From: a virus
IMG/VR virus record: IMGVR_UViG_3300017987_000013
Location: 1 to 64,000 of that record
Length of the DNA stretch: 64,000 nt
Reading direction: 5' to 3' (one strand)
The notes beneath the pieces are model-generated. The model was not told the origin of the DNA and did no database searches. It saw only the letters and a list, made by a program, of their open reading frames with translations. Shown one piece after another: positions 38,036-48,329 of the stretch. The position numbers and the translations under genes were made by a program. The number at the start of each line of letters is the position of its first letter. The first letter of the stretch is position 1.

Positions 38036-38371
38036 TCATTTCTTCCAACAATAGATAGTGCGTTCAGCCCCTTCGGCAGCGTTCAAGACAGGCCAAATGA
38101 ACCCCAGTGGCGCGAGCGCATCGGCCTCGGAGCCAGTCAAGGTGTACGCCCGACTCGTTGTGATCGTCACTGACACCTGATTGCCGGCGGAGTCGTAAAC
38201 CGGGACTACACTATCGTCCGCTCCCTCGGCAGTAGTGAACGTCATTGTGTTCGACGTAAGGGCTGCCGGCGTGATGAACGCAAGCATCGTGGCCTCGCCC
38301 ATTACAATGGGGCTAGTTGGTGTAGTCCCGCCGCTCGGGATCGTGACGGTTACAAGTCTTGGTATTCCCAT
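38036..38371 (-). CDS. Small structural protein
   Basis: Beta-rich 111 aa; AGGAG SD. Confidence 0.65.
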   Translation of the reverse strand: MGIPRLVTVTIPSGGTTPTSPIVMGEATMLAFITPAALTSNTMTFTTAEGADDSVVPVYDSAGNQVSVTITTSRAYTLTGSEADALAPLGFIWPVLNAAEGAERTIYCWKK

Positions 38372-38538
38372 TTTTTATCTCCTATGCCTCTTCCGCCACA
38401 AACGGCGGCGTCTTGCAGGCGAATAGTTTCCTTCACCGAACCCGCCCCCACCACCAGTCGGCGATCCTGCCGAGAACCCGCCACCGAAAAACACGACGCC
38501 GTTGATGCTGACGATAGACCAGTTGGAATCGAAGGTGA

Positions 38539-39765
38539 TCATGAGCGCGCCTCAGTCCAGAATTCGACGGTTGTCGGTTTCGCGTTCGTCGACGTCGCCA
38601 CAAGGTAGATGTGGTCGGCGTTCATTTCGGTCGCCGTGAGCGCCGGGCTCGTTGTTATCTGGTAGTGGCCTGTAGACCCGATCTCGGCGATCGTACCATC
38701 GATAGACGCGGGCGTTCCACCGTCCTTCTGAATCGTCATCGTGACGGTCTCGCCAGTCACGACATCACCGTTCGCGTCCTTCATCGGCCACGACAGGTCC
38801 TCAACTTCAACGCCTTTCTCGAACCCGGCGGGCTCAAGCATGTTCGTGACGAGCTGCTTGACGTAGGCCATCACGGTGTCTGTGTCGGTCGCTGCGCCCG
38901 TCGCCGTGGCGTCGTCCAGAGCACCCAAAACAGTGAGCACCGAAGAAGCATCGACAGTAGGAATACTGTTTGTCGGGCTTTTGGGAGCCGCGTAGACAGC
39001 CCCCACGATCGTTCCTGACGGTATATCACCACCGTCAGCCGTAAACGCAGGATCTACCGTGATTACCCTGCTCGCACCGACAGTCCCGAAGTGGATGCGC
39101 CCATTGCAGTCGGTACCGCTTCTGAGAACCATCATCACCCGCGCGCCTTCGTAGATGGCGTTCGCATCCGCCTCATCGGCCATCGTGATGGTCGTTGCGT
39201 TCGCCGCGCTGAAGGTTCCCGACCACAGTTTTATGTCGGTCAACCCGGCAAGTAGCGCTGTGATATTTGCGTCTAGTGTGTCGAGATCTAGTTCTCCAGC
39301 ATCAGAGATCGGCAACCCACCAGCCGCGTCAGCAGCAGCGTCGGGCACAGCCGTACCCGCAAGCCCGCGTGTTGCGCTCCAAGCCGACTCGATGAGCTTA
39401 TCGTTTAGATCCGAGTCTCGGAATCCGCATATCGGCCCTCGCCACGTAAGCGATGCCGTGCATTTCCCGGTAAACCAACCGAACCCTTCAGTGTCGTTAT
39501 TGATCGTGCCACCAGAAGCAGGAATTTCGATGGTGTACATACCGTTCCCGGCATGAGCCCAATCATGAACCCCACCTGTAGTAGGAGTCACGTTCGTTTG
39601 CGTAAACGCACCGGCCGGTGTGATGAAGTTCCAGTTGAGGTCTAACCCATCCTCATCGTAGGTCAATGCCTCTTCAATATCCTCACCAGCGGTGTCAATG
39701 ATCGGCAGAATGTTGACTGGCACCTCAGCCAAGGCCGCGTCTACGTCATACCATATGTCTGCCAT
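38539..39765 (-). CDS. Putative tail/baseplate-type structural protein
   Basis: 'GNGMYTIEIPASGG', 'DAAADAAGGLP' and an Ig-like C-terminus. Confidence 0.65.
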   Translation of the reverse strand: MADIWYDVDAALAEVPVNILPIIDTAGEDIEEALTYDEDGLDLNWNFITPAGAFTQTNVTPTTGGVHDWAHAGNGMYTIEIPASGGTINNDTEGFGWFTGKCTASLTWRGPICGFRDSDLNDKLIESAWSATRGLAGTAVPDAAADAAGGLPISDAGELDLDTLDANITALLAGLTDIKLWSGTFSAANATTITMADEADANAIYEGARVMMVLRSGTDCNGRIHFGTVGASRVITVDPAFTADGGDIPSGTIVGAVYAAPKSPTNSIPTVDASSVLTVLGALDDATATGAATDTDTVMAYVKQLVTNMLEPAGFEKGVEVEDLSWPMKDANGDVVTGETVTMTIQKDGGTPASIDGTIAEIGSTGHYQITTSPALTATEMNADHIYLVATSTNAKPTTVEFWTEARS

Positions 39766-39776
39766 CTTTTATACTC

Positions 39777-40472
39777 CTACTGCTGTTTGTAAGAACTCAT
39801 CGCTATCGGGATTGAGAGCCCGGATTCAGCCGCGAGGGTAGATAACCCTAGTGTCGCGTAGTTCATGTAACCATTTGCAGTTAATTCCATCAACACACTT
39901 GCTGCACCGGGACCAGTGGCTACACATATTCCGCAATTGCCATCGGTTGTATTTACACCGCTTGCCCGGTCAACTTGTCCAGTACCATCAACTGTCCATG
40001 TACGATTTTGATCTATCCCCGCTGCGGCAATTACTAGATCACCAGTGGCCGATGTGACTGTTATGTCAGCCTCAATAGGTGACGACGCGTCGGCACCCGA
40101 TGCCGTAGTGTAGTTTTCGTAAATTGTAGATTGGTCATTGTCATAGAGAGAGATGGCCACAATACAACATGATACCGCCGCAGCGCCACCACCGTGTTGC
40201 ACACTAACAGTTTGCGAGCCAGAGGCAGGGTTTTCTAATTTCCAGCCTTGTATGTAAATCGCACCTGATGCAACCCTAGCCCCAAGTGAGTCCATTGACA
40301 CACTATTGATAGTGACGCCAGATACAGTGTGCCCCGACCCTCCACGATAACAAACATACACATAGGAGACCCGATCACTGCCTGACCCGTTATCGTGCGA
40401 AAACGTGACTGACGTGCCGCCAGTGTCGAGCGATGTGTCGTTTTTTAGTGTAGCACCGTAATATGTTGACAT
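39777..40472 (-). CDS. Beta-sandwich virion protein
   Basis: S/G/T-rich, ends 'SIPIAMSSYKQQ'; lower GC than its neighbours. Confidence 0.6.
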   Translation of the reverse strand: MSTYYGATLKNDTSLDTGGTSVTFSHDNGSGSDRVSYVYVCYRGGSGHTVSGVTINSVSMDSLGARVASGAIYIQGWKLENPASGSQTVSVQHGGGAAAVSCCIVAISLYDNDQSTIYENYTTASGADASSPIEADITVTSATGDLVIAAAGIDQNRTWTVDGTGQVDRASGVNTTDGNCGICVATGPGAASVLMELTANGYMNYATLGLSTLAAESGLSIPIAMSSYKQQ

Positions 40473-43400
40473 TAGACGGTTCCTGGCCCGATACGTGCAG
40501 TTGAGACCGCAAAGCCATCAACATAGTAGTCGATGACTCCATTAGTGTTCGTGGCGTTCATAATGTCGCAGAAACCGCAGAAACTCAGTCCGAGCGAACT
40601 ACCGCGAGCACCAGCATCGAGATAATAATGACTGCCTATCAGCTCCCATCCCGCACCAGGGTCATTCGGGTAACCAGGCCAAATCGGTGAGCCGTCATAC
40701 CAGAACCCCACACGAGGATACGTGTAGCCGTTCCTTACGTAGTGGTATTCAATGTGGTGCCACGCGTTTAACGGCCACGGCTCTGGCCAGCCAGGAGAGT
40801 TAGTTGCACCCGCCTCTTGGTCCCAGCCCCAATACAAATAGTCGTCATTAGCTCCCAAACCGAAGAACAACCCGCCATTATTGACGGTGCCGGGATTTGA
40901 CCAATGACGCAAGAACTTGAGTTGGGTGTCAGGGTAGTTAGTCGCGTAGAGCCAAAACGCAACGTATATAGCGTCATACGACTGAGCAGATGCCTGATCG
41001 TACTGACGCGCACTCCAATTGACACCCATACTGATAACGCGCTCGCTCGTATGATCGGCCCCAGATGGTAATTGTATATGCGCTGCATACGTACCCTGAT
41101 ACGCCTGCGCCGTGGATCGCTCACACACCCCGTTGTTGAGTCCTGTTGGGTCACTGGCGCCGTAGATGTGCTGATCCAAATGCCCCCAATCGGACTCAAC
41201 CCACTGCTGTTCTACAATGTCAGGTGTTGCGTACACATCAGTAGGTGCACCACCGTAAAGATCGAAATCGTCCAACCACATAGTTTGGTTCGCTGGCGAC
41301 CCTACACCAATGTATGGCGCAACAAGTAATTGATTGAACAACATGGAATCTTCACCGGCTCTGGCGCGATATTCCATTACGGAGTTGTCAATTACTAATT
41401 CACTATCAAACCACAGTTGCGCAACACCATCAGCTACTCCTACGGAAGAGTTCATCGCAAGGTGTGCTTGTATGTGATGCCAATCACCTTTGTAGTTATC
41501 GCCTTCGGCATCTGTTAGTACCACTGCTGACGTAACCAACTGTTCCCCTGGATGCCCCGAGGGACCAATGCCTATTTGCATATACGAGCCAGTAGACCCG
41601 TTGTGGTGCGATTCTATTAGTACTTCAAGGGTTGCGCTGGCAGGACCAACGTAAGCGCTGTCTGCGTCTGTTAGTATGTAGAACTCATGCGGGTGATAAC
41701 CAACACCAGAACCCTCCCAATTACTTGAGTACTTCACCCAATAATCCAGTGTGATGTCGTCTGACGCTGTAAACAAATGCCGACCTAAACCGCCATTAGG
41801 ACTTTGGTCACTCACGTCAAATTCAAACTCAATGCACGCAGCGCCGGTTCTTTGTTCACTGGTGGAATTGGCCACCGTACTGACATCATACCATCCGCGT
41901 GACGTGTAACTCGTATCCTCGAAATCCTCTGTTATCAATGCAGAGGTCGGAACCGACACGCTAATCGTCGGAGTCGCCACGATCGCCTCAGAAGATCCCA
42001 CAAGAGCAGAGGCGGGCATGGTACAAGTAACCGTCTCTGCGCCCTCGTAGCTCGCGGCAGCAGGCAACACAAGCGTGCACTGCGTTGCTGAGTTTCTCGT
42101 CAACATCGCATACGTGAGACTCGCTTTGACTTCATCATCCCAGAACCCTGCGCCTGAGCCGTCGCCGTCTATACCAGCCAGGAACGCGGTTGTGATAGCA
42201 TTATCTGCGCCGAGAGTGGCAACCCATTCGTCGTTCGATACAGTAAAGATGAGAGTCTCGCTACCGTCGATTACTTCCTGCTCTGTCATGCCCGACGCGC
42301 CCGTGCCGGTGATAGCCACTGCGGCATGCCCAACCGTGACTGTAGGTGTCGCCGTCACTGCCAACTGAGACGACGACAACGCGCTCGTCGGGACGATCGC
42401 CGTGATCGTCTCATCGGCTGTGACCTCGTAGGCTGCGGTCGCCGGTAGCGTCAGTGTGCACTGGGTCGCATTGTCTCTTGTGAGCATTGTGTAGTCGAGG
42501 CTCACTTCGTTGTTCCAGCCATGAGTCGGCGACGACGCGGCAGTAATTCCTGCAAGAAAGGCCGTCGTGATGGCGTTGTCAGCGCCCAACGTCGCGACAA
42601 ACTCGTCGTCAGTAACCGTGAAGATCAACGTCTCGCTGCCAGTGAGGACTTCGAGTTCCGTTAGGCCAGAACCGCCCGTGCCCGTAATCGCGATTGTTGG
42701 TCTGAACAGCACCTGGAACGTCGGCGCTGCTGTTAACGCGGCGGCCGATCCACTAACGGCGGACGCCGGAACCGTGACGGTAATGGTTTCGTCAGCCGTG
42801 ATGTCGTAACTCGCGAATGCCGGTAGGGTGATCGTGACTGTTGTGCTGTCTGTTCTAACCACATTGGCATACGTGAGGCCAGCTTGGACAACATCATTCC
42901 AACCAGTTCCCTCCGATTGTGCGGAATCGATACCGCCAATCAACGCTGTCGTGACCGCGTTGTCGTCGCCGACAGAAGTTTCCCAACTAATTCCGGCTCC
43001 TGCCAGTGTCAGGACCAGCGTCCTACCGCCAGCAACAATGTTCGCCTCTTCGGCAGTCGTGACCGTCCCAGACACACTGCACGACGTCTGTGTGACGTCG
43101 ACGGTCGGCGTCGCTACGATCTGTGAGGAAGACGCAACCAAAGCAGAAGCCGGTATCGTCGCTGTGATTGTTTCGTTGACAGTGATTGAGTACGTAGCGG
43201 CCGCTGGCAACGTAAGGGTCGCCTGAGTGGCATTGTCCCGCGTAAGCGCTGCGTACGTCAGGTTGTCCCGAACGACGTTGTTCCAACCGTACGTTTCTGA
43301 TTGCGCCGACGTGATACCATCAAGAAATGCGGTTGTGATCGCGTTGTCAGCTCCGAGCGTAGCTACCCATTGATCGCCTGTGAGGGTGAATATCAGCGTC

Positions 43401-43930
43401 AATCCACCATCAACCACACTTGCCTCAATACCGGCAGTTGTCAGAGTGCCAGTCAAAGCAACAGCTTCAACAACGTTGTCGATCTGGACCGTGTTCGATG
43501 CGACGAGCGCTTCTGTTGCGTTTTCGAGGTTGTCAGCGGGAATCGTTGCCGTGAGCGTCTCATTCGCGGTAATCGCATAATTGGCGAATGCTGGCAGTGT
43601 GATTGTGACGACGGTGTCACTAGTTCTCGTGACATGTTCGTACGTCAGCCCCGCAGAAACGACGTTATCCCACCCATACGTCTCGCTCTGGGCCGACACG
43701 ATCCCGGCCAGCAGGCCAGTCGTGTAGCTGTTGTCGGCACCGATCGTTGGAATCCAAGTAGTGCCCGCAGCCGTCAAAATGAGAGTGTACCCACCCGATA
43801 CAATCCCGTCCTGATCAGCCGATTGCGTCAGTGTGCCACTCAGATTCACAACAGGCGTAGGCGTGCCAGGTGCGGTGAACGACCCCGGCCACACAGTGCC
43901 GCTAATCGAGAAATGCCACGGTCCCGTCAT
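40472..43930 (-). CDS. Large fibre/adhesin: five Ig-like repeats plus two LamG/polysaccharide-lyase-like domains
   Basis: Five ~128-aa repeats ('TLIFT...ATLGADNAITTAFL.GI...LTLPA..Y.....ETIT'). C-terminal domains with 'EDFE', 'WHHIQAHL...DGVAQLWFD' and 'WHHIEYH'. Confidence 0.7.
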   Translation of the reverse strand: MTGPWHFSISGTVWPGSFTAPGTPTPVVNLSGTLTQSADQDGIVSGGYTLILTAAGTTWIPTIGADNSYTTGLLAGIVSAQSETYGWDNVVSAGLTYEHVTRTSDTVVTITLPAFANYAITANETLTATIPADNLENATEALVASNTVQIDNVVEAVALTGTLTTAGIEASVVDGGLTLIFTLTGDQWVATLGADNAITTAFLDGITSAQSETYGWNNVVRDNLTYAALTRDNATQATLTLPAAATYSITVNETITATIPASALVASSSQIVATPTVDVTQTSCSVSGTVTTAEEANIVAGGRTLVLTLAGAGISWETSVGDDNAVTTALIGGIDSAQSEGTGWNDVVQAGLTYANVVRTDSTTVTITLPAFASYDITADETITVTVPASAVSGSAAALTAAPTFQVLFRPTIAITGTGGSGLTELEVLTGSETLIFTVTDDEFVATLGADNAITTAFLAGITAASSPTHGWNNEVSLDYTMLTRDNATQCTLTLPATAAYEVTADETITAIVPTSALSSSQLAVTATPTVTVGHAAVAITGTGASGMTEQEVIDGSETLIFTVSNDEWVATLGADNAITTAFLAGIDGDGSGAGFWDDEVKASLTYAMLTRNSATQCTLVLPAAASYEGAETVTCTMPASALVGSSEAIVATPTISVSVPTSALITEDFEDTSYTSRGWYDVSTVANSTSEQRTGAACIEFEFDVSDQSPNGGLGRHLFTASDDITLDYWVKYSSNWEGSGVGYHPHEFYILTDADSAYVGPASATLEVLIESHHNGSTGSYMQIGIGPSGHPGEQLVTSAVVLTDAEGDNYKGDWHHIQAHLAMNSSVGVADGVAQLWFDSELVIDNSVMEYRARAGEDSMLFNQLLVAPYIGVGSPANQTMWLDDFDLYGGAPTDVYATPDIVEQQWVESDWGHLDQHIYGASDPTGLNNGVCERSTAQAYQGTYAAHIQLPSGADHTSERVISMGVNWSARQYDQASAQSYDAIYVAFWLYATNYPDTQLKFLRHWSNPGTVNNGGLFFGLGANDDYLYWGWDQEAGATNSPGWPEPWPLNAWHHIEYHYVRNGYTYPRVGFWYDGSPIWPGYPNDPGAGWELIGSHYYLDAGARGSSLGLSFCGFCDIMNATNTNGVIDYYVDGFAVSTARIGPGTV

Positions 43931-44637
43931 TCTTTTGACCCCAAGAAATAGCCGATCACCAGCAACGCACCTGTCACCGGGATGCTCGGTAGTTTCAGTT
44001 CGAATGGTTGCCAACGAGGCGGTAACGGATTACAGATTCCAGCTTGCTGTGCGACCGAGTCTATGGCGATTGACGCCCAGGGAGGTCCCGTTATGTACGC
44101 CGCCGCCATTGGACCTTCGCACTGAAGCCCTAGAGATAGACTCAGGGGCTCTCGAGCCACCGACCACGTCCACGTCGGCGCTTCAAGACTGCGCGGGATA
44201 GTGACTTCAGCCCCCACCTCTAGCCCCAGGCTATCACGCGCATCCAGGTGCCCTTCAGCCCTCACGGTCCCCATCGAATCAATGGTCGCGTCTTTCCCCA
44301 CGAGCACCGCTTCAAGGCTGTCGCCCCAAATCTGGAACTCAGCCAGTGCCACACCCAGCACCTCCACCGAATCCAGCATGTCGCCATACGCGGTACGGGC
44401 CGCACGGAGGTTGATCTTCCCTTCCTCAAGCTGAAATGCGAGCCGGCGCGTCACAGCCACCTGAGAATCGCTCAGTACCGCGAGCCGTGTGATTTCTTGA
44501 TCCTTGGCCGCAAGCTGGTTCGCAAACGCGACTCTTTCGTCGCGGAGTTCTGACCGTAGGGACTGAGCCCACACCCACGTTCCTACAGCAAGTAGGCAAG
44601 CAATCACAGATACTGCGATCGACAGTCGCTTCATCAC
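43927..44637 (-). CDS. Spanin-like membrane protein
   Basis: N-terminal TM helix, coiled coil and hydrophobic C-terminus; follows the endolysin. Confidence 0.55.
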   Translation of the reverse strand: MMKRLSIAVSVIACLLAVGTWVWAQSLRSELRDERVAFANQLAAKDQEITRLAVLSDSQVAVTRRLAFQLEEGKINLRAARTAYGDMLDSVEVLGVALAEFQIWGDSLEAVLVGKDATIDSMGTVRAEGHLDARDSLGLEVGAEVTIPRSLEAPTWTWSVAREPLSLSLGLQCEGPMAAAYITGPPWASIAIDSVAQQAGICNPLPPRWQPFELKLPSIPVTGALLVIGYFLGSKE

Positions 44638-45137
44638 ACTAACTCCTTCAACGCATCAATCCACCGCACGAACTTCGTCCTGTTGTTGATCGCCCGTGTT
44701 CGCTCAAAAACACCCCACCCATCACGCGATCCACTCACAGGCGCAGTATTTCCCTCGCAAGTTCTGTAACCGTCCGTGAGAGATTTCGTCACGAACCCGA
44801 TGTGTCCATGGCGCTTGAGCCGCGGGTAGTAGAGCAGAAAGAAATCGCCAGACTTCGGCACCGGTCGTAGTAACTCGTGCGCAGAAGCCCAGTCGTACAC
44901 GTCTTCCACCAGTGCCGTTCTCGGTACCGGCCACGCGTGCCCGAACACCTGACGACCGATATTCCAGACCCATGCGCAACACCACGGAAGCCCCAACGGC
45001 ACACCCGATTCCTTGAGCCAGTAATCGATCTCAACGCTACGATTAGAGCTACGCGGCACTTCTCGTACCTTTCGGTACTTCGCGGCCTCAGCAAGCACGT
45101 TCACCGCAGGATCCTCGATCGTGAACGAATACGTCAT
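44634..45137 (-). CDS. CHAP-domain endolysin
   Basis: 'VRE...SNR', 'PWCCAWV', 'GD', 'GHIGFV' and 'CEGNT'. Confidence 0.9.
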   Translation of the reverse strand: MTYSFTIEDPAVNVLAEAAKYRKVREVPRSSNRSVEIDYWLKESGVPLGLPWCCAWVWNIGRQVFGHAWPVPRTALVEDVYDWASAHELLRPVPKSGDFFLLYYPRLKRHGHIGFVTKSLTDGYRTCEGNTAPVSGSRDGWGVFERTRAINNRTKFVRWIDALKELV

Positions 45138-45440
45138 TCAAGTAGGCTCCGTCCCATCTTCGGCGCCCGCCTGCCGGCGTTCAACGATCTTTGCTTTAGC
45201 ACTCGCGATCGCTTGCGCTGTTTTACCGATCTGGCTCGAGAGATGTTGCGCGATTCGCGGTCCGCCAGCCCAGCTCGCCAGGGCGATAACGAGACTGCCC
45301 AAGAGCGTCCATGCGGCAGACGCCACGACCGCGAGGCCGAACGAATCGGCGATGATCATCAGGAACACGAAAACAAGCGTTGCCCAGAACGCACACCGCG
45401 CACTGGACCAATTACCTTGTTCGTCTTGTAGCAAACTCAT
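45138..45440 (-). CDS. Holin
   Basis: 'QDEQGNWSSAR', two TM helices and a charged C-terminus; upstream of the endolysin. Confidence 0.7.
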   Translation of the reverse strand: MSLLQDEQGNWSSARCAFWATLVFVFLMIIADSFGLAVVASAAWTLLGSLVIALASWAGGPRIAQHLSSQIGKTAQAIASAKAKIVERRQAGAEDGTEPT

Positions 45441-45448
45441 ACCGCCCC

Positions 45449-46129
45449 CTACCATCTGCCGTATATCTGCGGCCTCCTCCATTGCTTGTTCTGCTTTCCT
45501 TGTCGGGCGAACTTCTGTGCTCGACGTTCAGCAGATAATACGGCTTCCCTGATAGTGCGTTTATCGGTTTCATCGCCCACGTACCAACTCTCGTCTTTGG
45601 CGAGATTCGCGGCGTAGGCAACGATCAAAGACCGTACGATGATTGGGAAATCGATGGTGACAGCGGCAGTCCATTCGGGGTGCTGATAGTGGTATTTGAG
45701 GTAGACTGTCGGCGGGGACGCAGTGCGAGCAAGCCAGAGCTTGTCGCCTACGAAATAGAAATAGTTACCTTTGACGTTGTCATCTTCATCGTCGATCAGT
45801 TGCCCCCAGCGGTCCCCGTTCACCTTTACCAACGGGGATTTTTCCTTGTGCCCGTCCGCTTTCAAAAAATCGGCCGGCAAAGATGCATATTGACCGCCAG
45901 TAGTAGCATCAGTGCCAGCCCATGTCAAAGCAGCCGTCCGCTGTCGCCAGCCCCGATACCCCTGATCAATCAGGTATACCTGAGCGTCGTGGCACCCTTG
46001 AGTGAGGTAGATGTAACCAATCTCGTCCTCTGCCTCACCCAATTCCGTAAGCGCGTAATCGGTTGGGACTGACCCAAGTAGCCGATACCACGCTTCCAAA
46101 ATCTGGGCAACACTCTCGAGCTGTGCCAT
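45449..46129 (-). CDS. Head-tail adaptor protein
   Basis: 'QYASLPADF' and 'LIVAYAA..AK'; position in the virion block. Confidence 0.7.
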   Translation of the reverse strand: MAQLESVAQILEAWYRLLGSVPTDYALTELGEAEDEIGYIYLTQGCHDAQVYLIDQGYRGWRQRTAALTWAGTDATTGGQYASLPADFLKADGHKEKSPLVKVNGDRWGQLIDDEDDNVKGNYFYFVGDKLWLARTASPPTVYLKYHYQHPEWTAAVTIDFPIIVRSLIVAYAANLAKDESWYVGDETDKRTIREAVLSAERRAQKFARQGKQNKQWRRPQIYGRW

Positions 46130-46132
46130 CGC

Positions 46133-46861
46133 CTAGTAACTTGCCTCCGCCGCTGTTCGGGCCTCTTCTCGGGCTTCGGTCATCTGCGCCTGAAGCTCGA
46201 TTTCCCGCGCCCTGGCAGTCTCTTCGCCACGTACCCGCTCACCGTTCGACAACGTCCACCACGGACCTTTTTCGTCGGCTATCGGGTAAATCGTGGGTTC
46301 TGGTTCTGAAACCTCTTCCACTTGATCAGCAACTTCCTCCGCCGCGGTAGCAGGCTGTTGCGTCAGACGCTCCATGACTTCGTTCGCGTCCAATCCGCCG
46401 TCAACCAACACCTGGGCGAGTACACCATCCATTGCCTTGATACGCTTTTTGCGCTCTGCAGCCGCGAGCTCTGCTTCTGATGGCGGCGCGTAATCCACGA
46501 GCACCACATTGCAGTTGCCACAGTCCTCGAGGTAGAACAACCGCTCCTCTTGAACCACGTTGGGCTTGTTCCTGGGAATCACCTTCTGGTTCTGGGTACC
46601 CTTGGTGTACTGACGTTCGCCAAACGTGCCGCAAACCGTGCATTCAGGGGTATCAGACTCTTCGTTGTCCCAAGTGTGTTTCGCGCCACACTTGTCGCTC
46701 CGCTCCGCAACGATGTACGGCACTGGGCGGTTCATCGCGCGGGTTTGTTTCCAGAGTTGGTGTTTCCCGTCATGGGTGAATCCGGCGGGTACGGCGCCTC
46801 TCGGCGGAATGATCTGTGTACGTACGCGCGGGATTTTCTGTACCATGCCTCGCTGACTCAT
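46133..46861 (-). CDS. Hypothetical protein
   Basis: ATGA coupling; 'GPWWTLSNGERVRG' C-terminal motif. Confidence 0.65.
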   Translation of the reverse strand: MSQRGMVQKIPRVRTQIIPPRGAVPAGFTHDGKHQLWKQTRAMNRPVPYIVAERSDKCGAKHTWDNEESDTPECTVCGTFGERQYTKGTQNQKVIPRNKPNVVQEERLFYLEDCGNCNVVLVDYAPPSEAELAAAERKKRIKAMDGVLAQVLVDGGLDANEVMERLTQQPATAAEEVADQVEEVSEPEPTIYPIADEKGPWWTLSNGERVRGEETARAREIELQAQMTEAREEARTAAEASY

Positions 46862-47433
46862 TTTTTAACGCTCCTTGGTTTCGGTCCCTGAAGGTCAATT
46901 CCGACCCCCAGAAACGGAATTTTCAGTCGGGATCGGCGCCTATCTCTTGCGCGTCTCCGGACCCTGTCTTCTGCTTCTTGTTCCTGCTTCTGCTGCTTTG
47001 CTTCGTTTATTTCGTCGGCCCTGCGTATCGCATCTTCCAACGACGCGAACTCGCCACGGCCGCTGTGCACATTGCCTTTCTCCAAGAACTGGCGTACGCC
47101 CGACGCCCCTAACTCATGGATGTTGAGCGGTATATACCTGTCCTGCCAGCCCGTCGATTCAGGGTTTTCAACGTGCAACCAGATCTCTTCAACCGGCCGC
47201 TCCGCCATCCGGCCTTCCTGGAACGTGACGTTGCGTTTGTCCTCGGGATGCAAAGTCATGTCGACCCGCCAGGTACCTTCCAGGACGCGCCCTTTGGCCC
47301 CCATTTTGGTTGGGACAAACTTACAGATCGCGTGCCTGTTGGTTTCTCGGGCATACAGCTCTACCTCGTCGGCGACGTCGACCGGACAGACAGGCATGTC
47401 GGCCCGATTCGCTAATGTGGCAATCAGTCCCAT
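46858..47433 (-). CDS. Hypothetical protein
   Basis: Coupled ORF with a charged C-terminus. Confidence 0.65.
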   Translation of the reverse strand: MGLIATLANRADMPVCPVDVADEVELYARETNRHAICKFVPTKMGAKGRVLEGTWRVDMTLHPEDKRNVTFQEGRMAERPVEEIWLHVENPESTGWQDRYIPLNIHELGASGVRQFLEKGNVHSGRGEFASLEDAIRRADEINEAKQQKQEQEAEDRVRRRARDRRRSRLKIPFLGVGIDLQGPKPRSVKK

Positions 47434-47434
47434 A

Positions 47435-47863
47435 TCAGATCCGCGGCTCGTAGTCGATTTCAACCAGCAGGTCACCCGGACCCGCCGAACACCCGCTCGC
47501 AGTAACCGTCACTTCAAGCAACTGGTTTTCGGTTAGCCGGAGGTTGGCGTAAGTGGTCGTGAGACTCGCTGCCACACCCGTCTTTGCCGCTGCCGCCGAT
47601 GCGAAATCGATGTCGGTCGCCGCCGACTGAAGCGAATTCCCTGTCGCACCAGATGTGGTACGAGCATATACCTGCGCCGTTAGAGTCGTGGCCGTAGGGC
47701 CAGCCTGGCCGTAAAACCGAATGCCGACCACACGACACTTCTGCGGTATCGAACCGACGATCTTGGTTTGGGTGCTGACCGCACCCGTCCCCAATACCAC
47801 GACCCCTTGAATCGATTGGTTGTTACCGCCTCGTCCTGAATGCGGCGTGCGTCTATCGGTCAT
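47435..47863 (-). CDS. Putative capsid decoration/cement protein
   Basis: Beta-rich 142 aa; AGGAGG SD; near the capsid gene. Confidence 0.55.
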   Translation of the reverse strand: MTDRRTPHSGRGGNNQSIQGVVVLGTGAVSTQTKIVGSIPQKCRVVGIRFYGQAGPTATTLTAQVYARTTSGATGNSLQSAATDIDFASAAAAKTGVAASLTTTYANLRLTENQLLEVTVTASGCSAGPGDLLVEIDYEPRI

Positions 47864-48009
47864 CGACGCATCCTCCTAGTTCAGCCCGTAGGCTTCACGA
47901 GCGTCTGGGTCGGCGGGTCCGCCATGAAACTTCAATCCTGGCTCCGCCTTCTTCGACTCCTGCTCAACTTTCGGAGCAGCTTCCTTGTCCTGCTTGCTCT
48001 TGGCCATTG

Positions 48010-48285
48010 TTAAACCTCCGATACTGGTATAACCACACTGAAATTGGCGTACGGAGCGATGTGCTCATCGCCCTCGTATTCAATGGAGTCGTAAACAAAC
48101 TCCCATTTCTTTGGACTCTCAACCTTGTACCAAGTCGAGATTCCACCTTCGGAAGCAAGCCCCACCTCATCGTTCTCGGCGGGCAGCACTTCCATTCGGG
48201 AGCGCCATAGTTCTTCTCGGCTGTCTTCATCTACGAAGTGAACCGCAATGCCCGCTCGCCGTTTTCTATGTGGTGTCGTTTCCAT
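48010..48285 (-). CDS. Hypothetical protein
   Basis: GAGGAG SD after a hairpin. Confidence 0.55.
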   Translation of the reverse strand: METTPHRKRRAGIAVHFVDEDSREELWRSRMEVLPAENDEVGLASEGGISTWYKVESPKKWEFVYDSIEYEGDEHIAPYANFSVVIPVSEV

Positions 48286-48329
48286 GCTTATCTCCTCAAG
48301 GGAGGGGCCTGAGCCCCTCCCTAAAGAAC

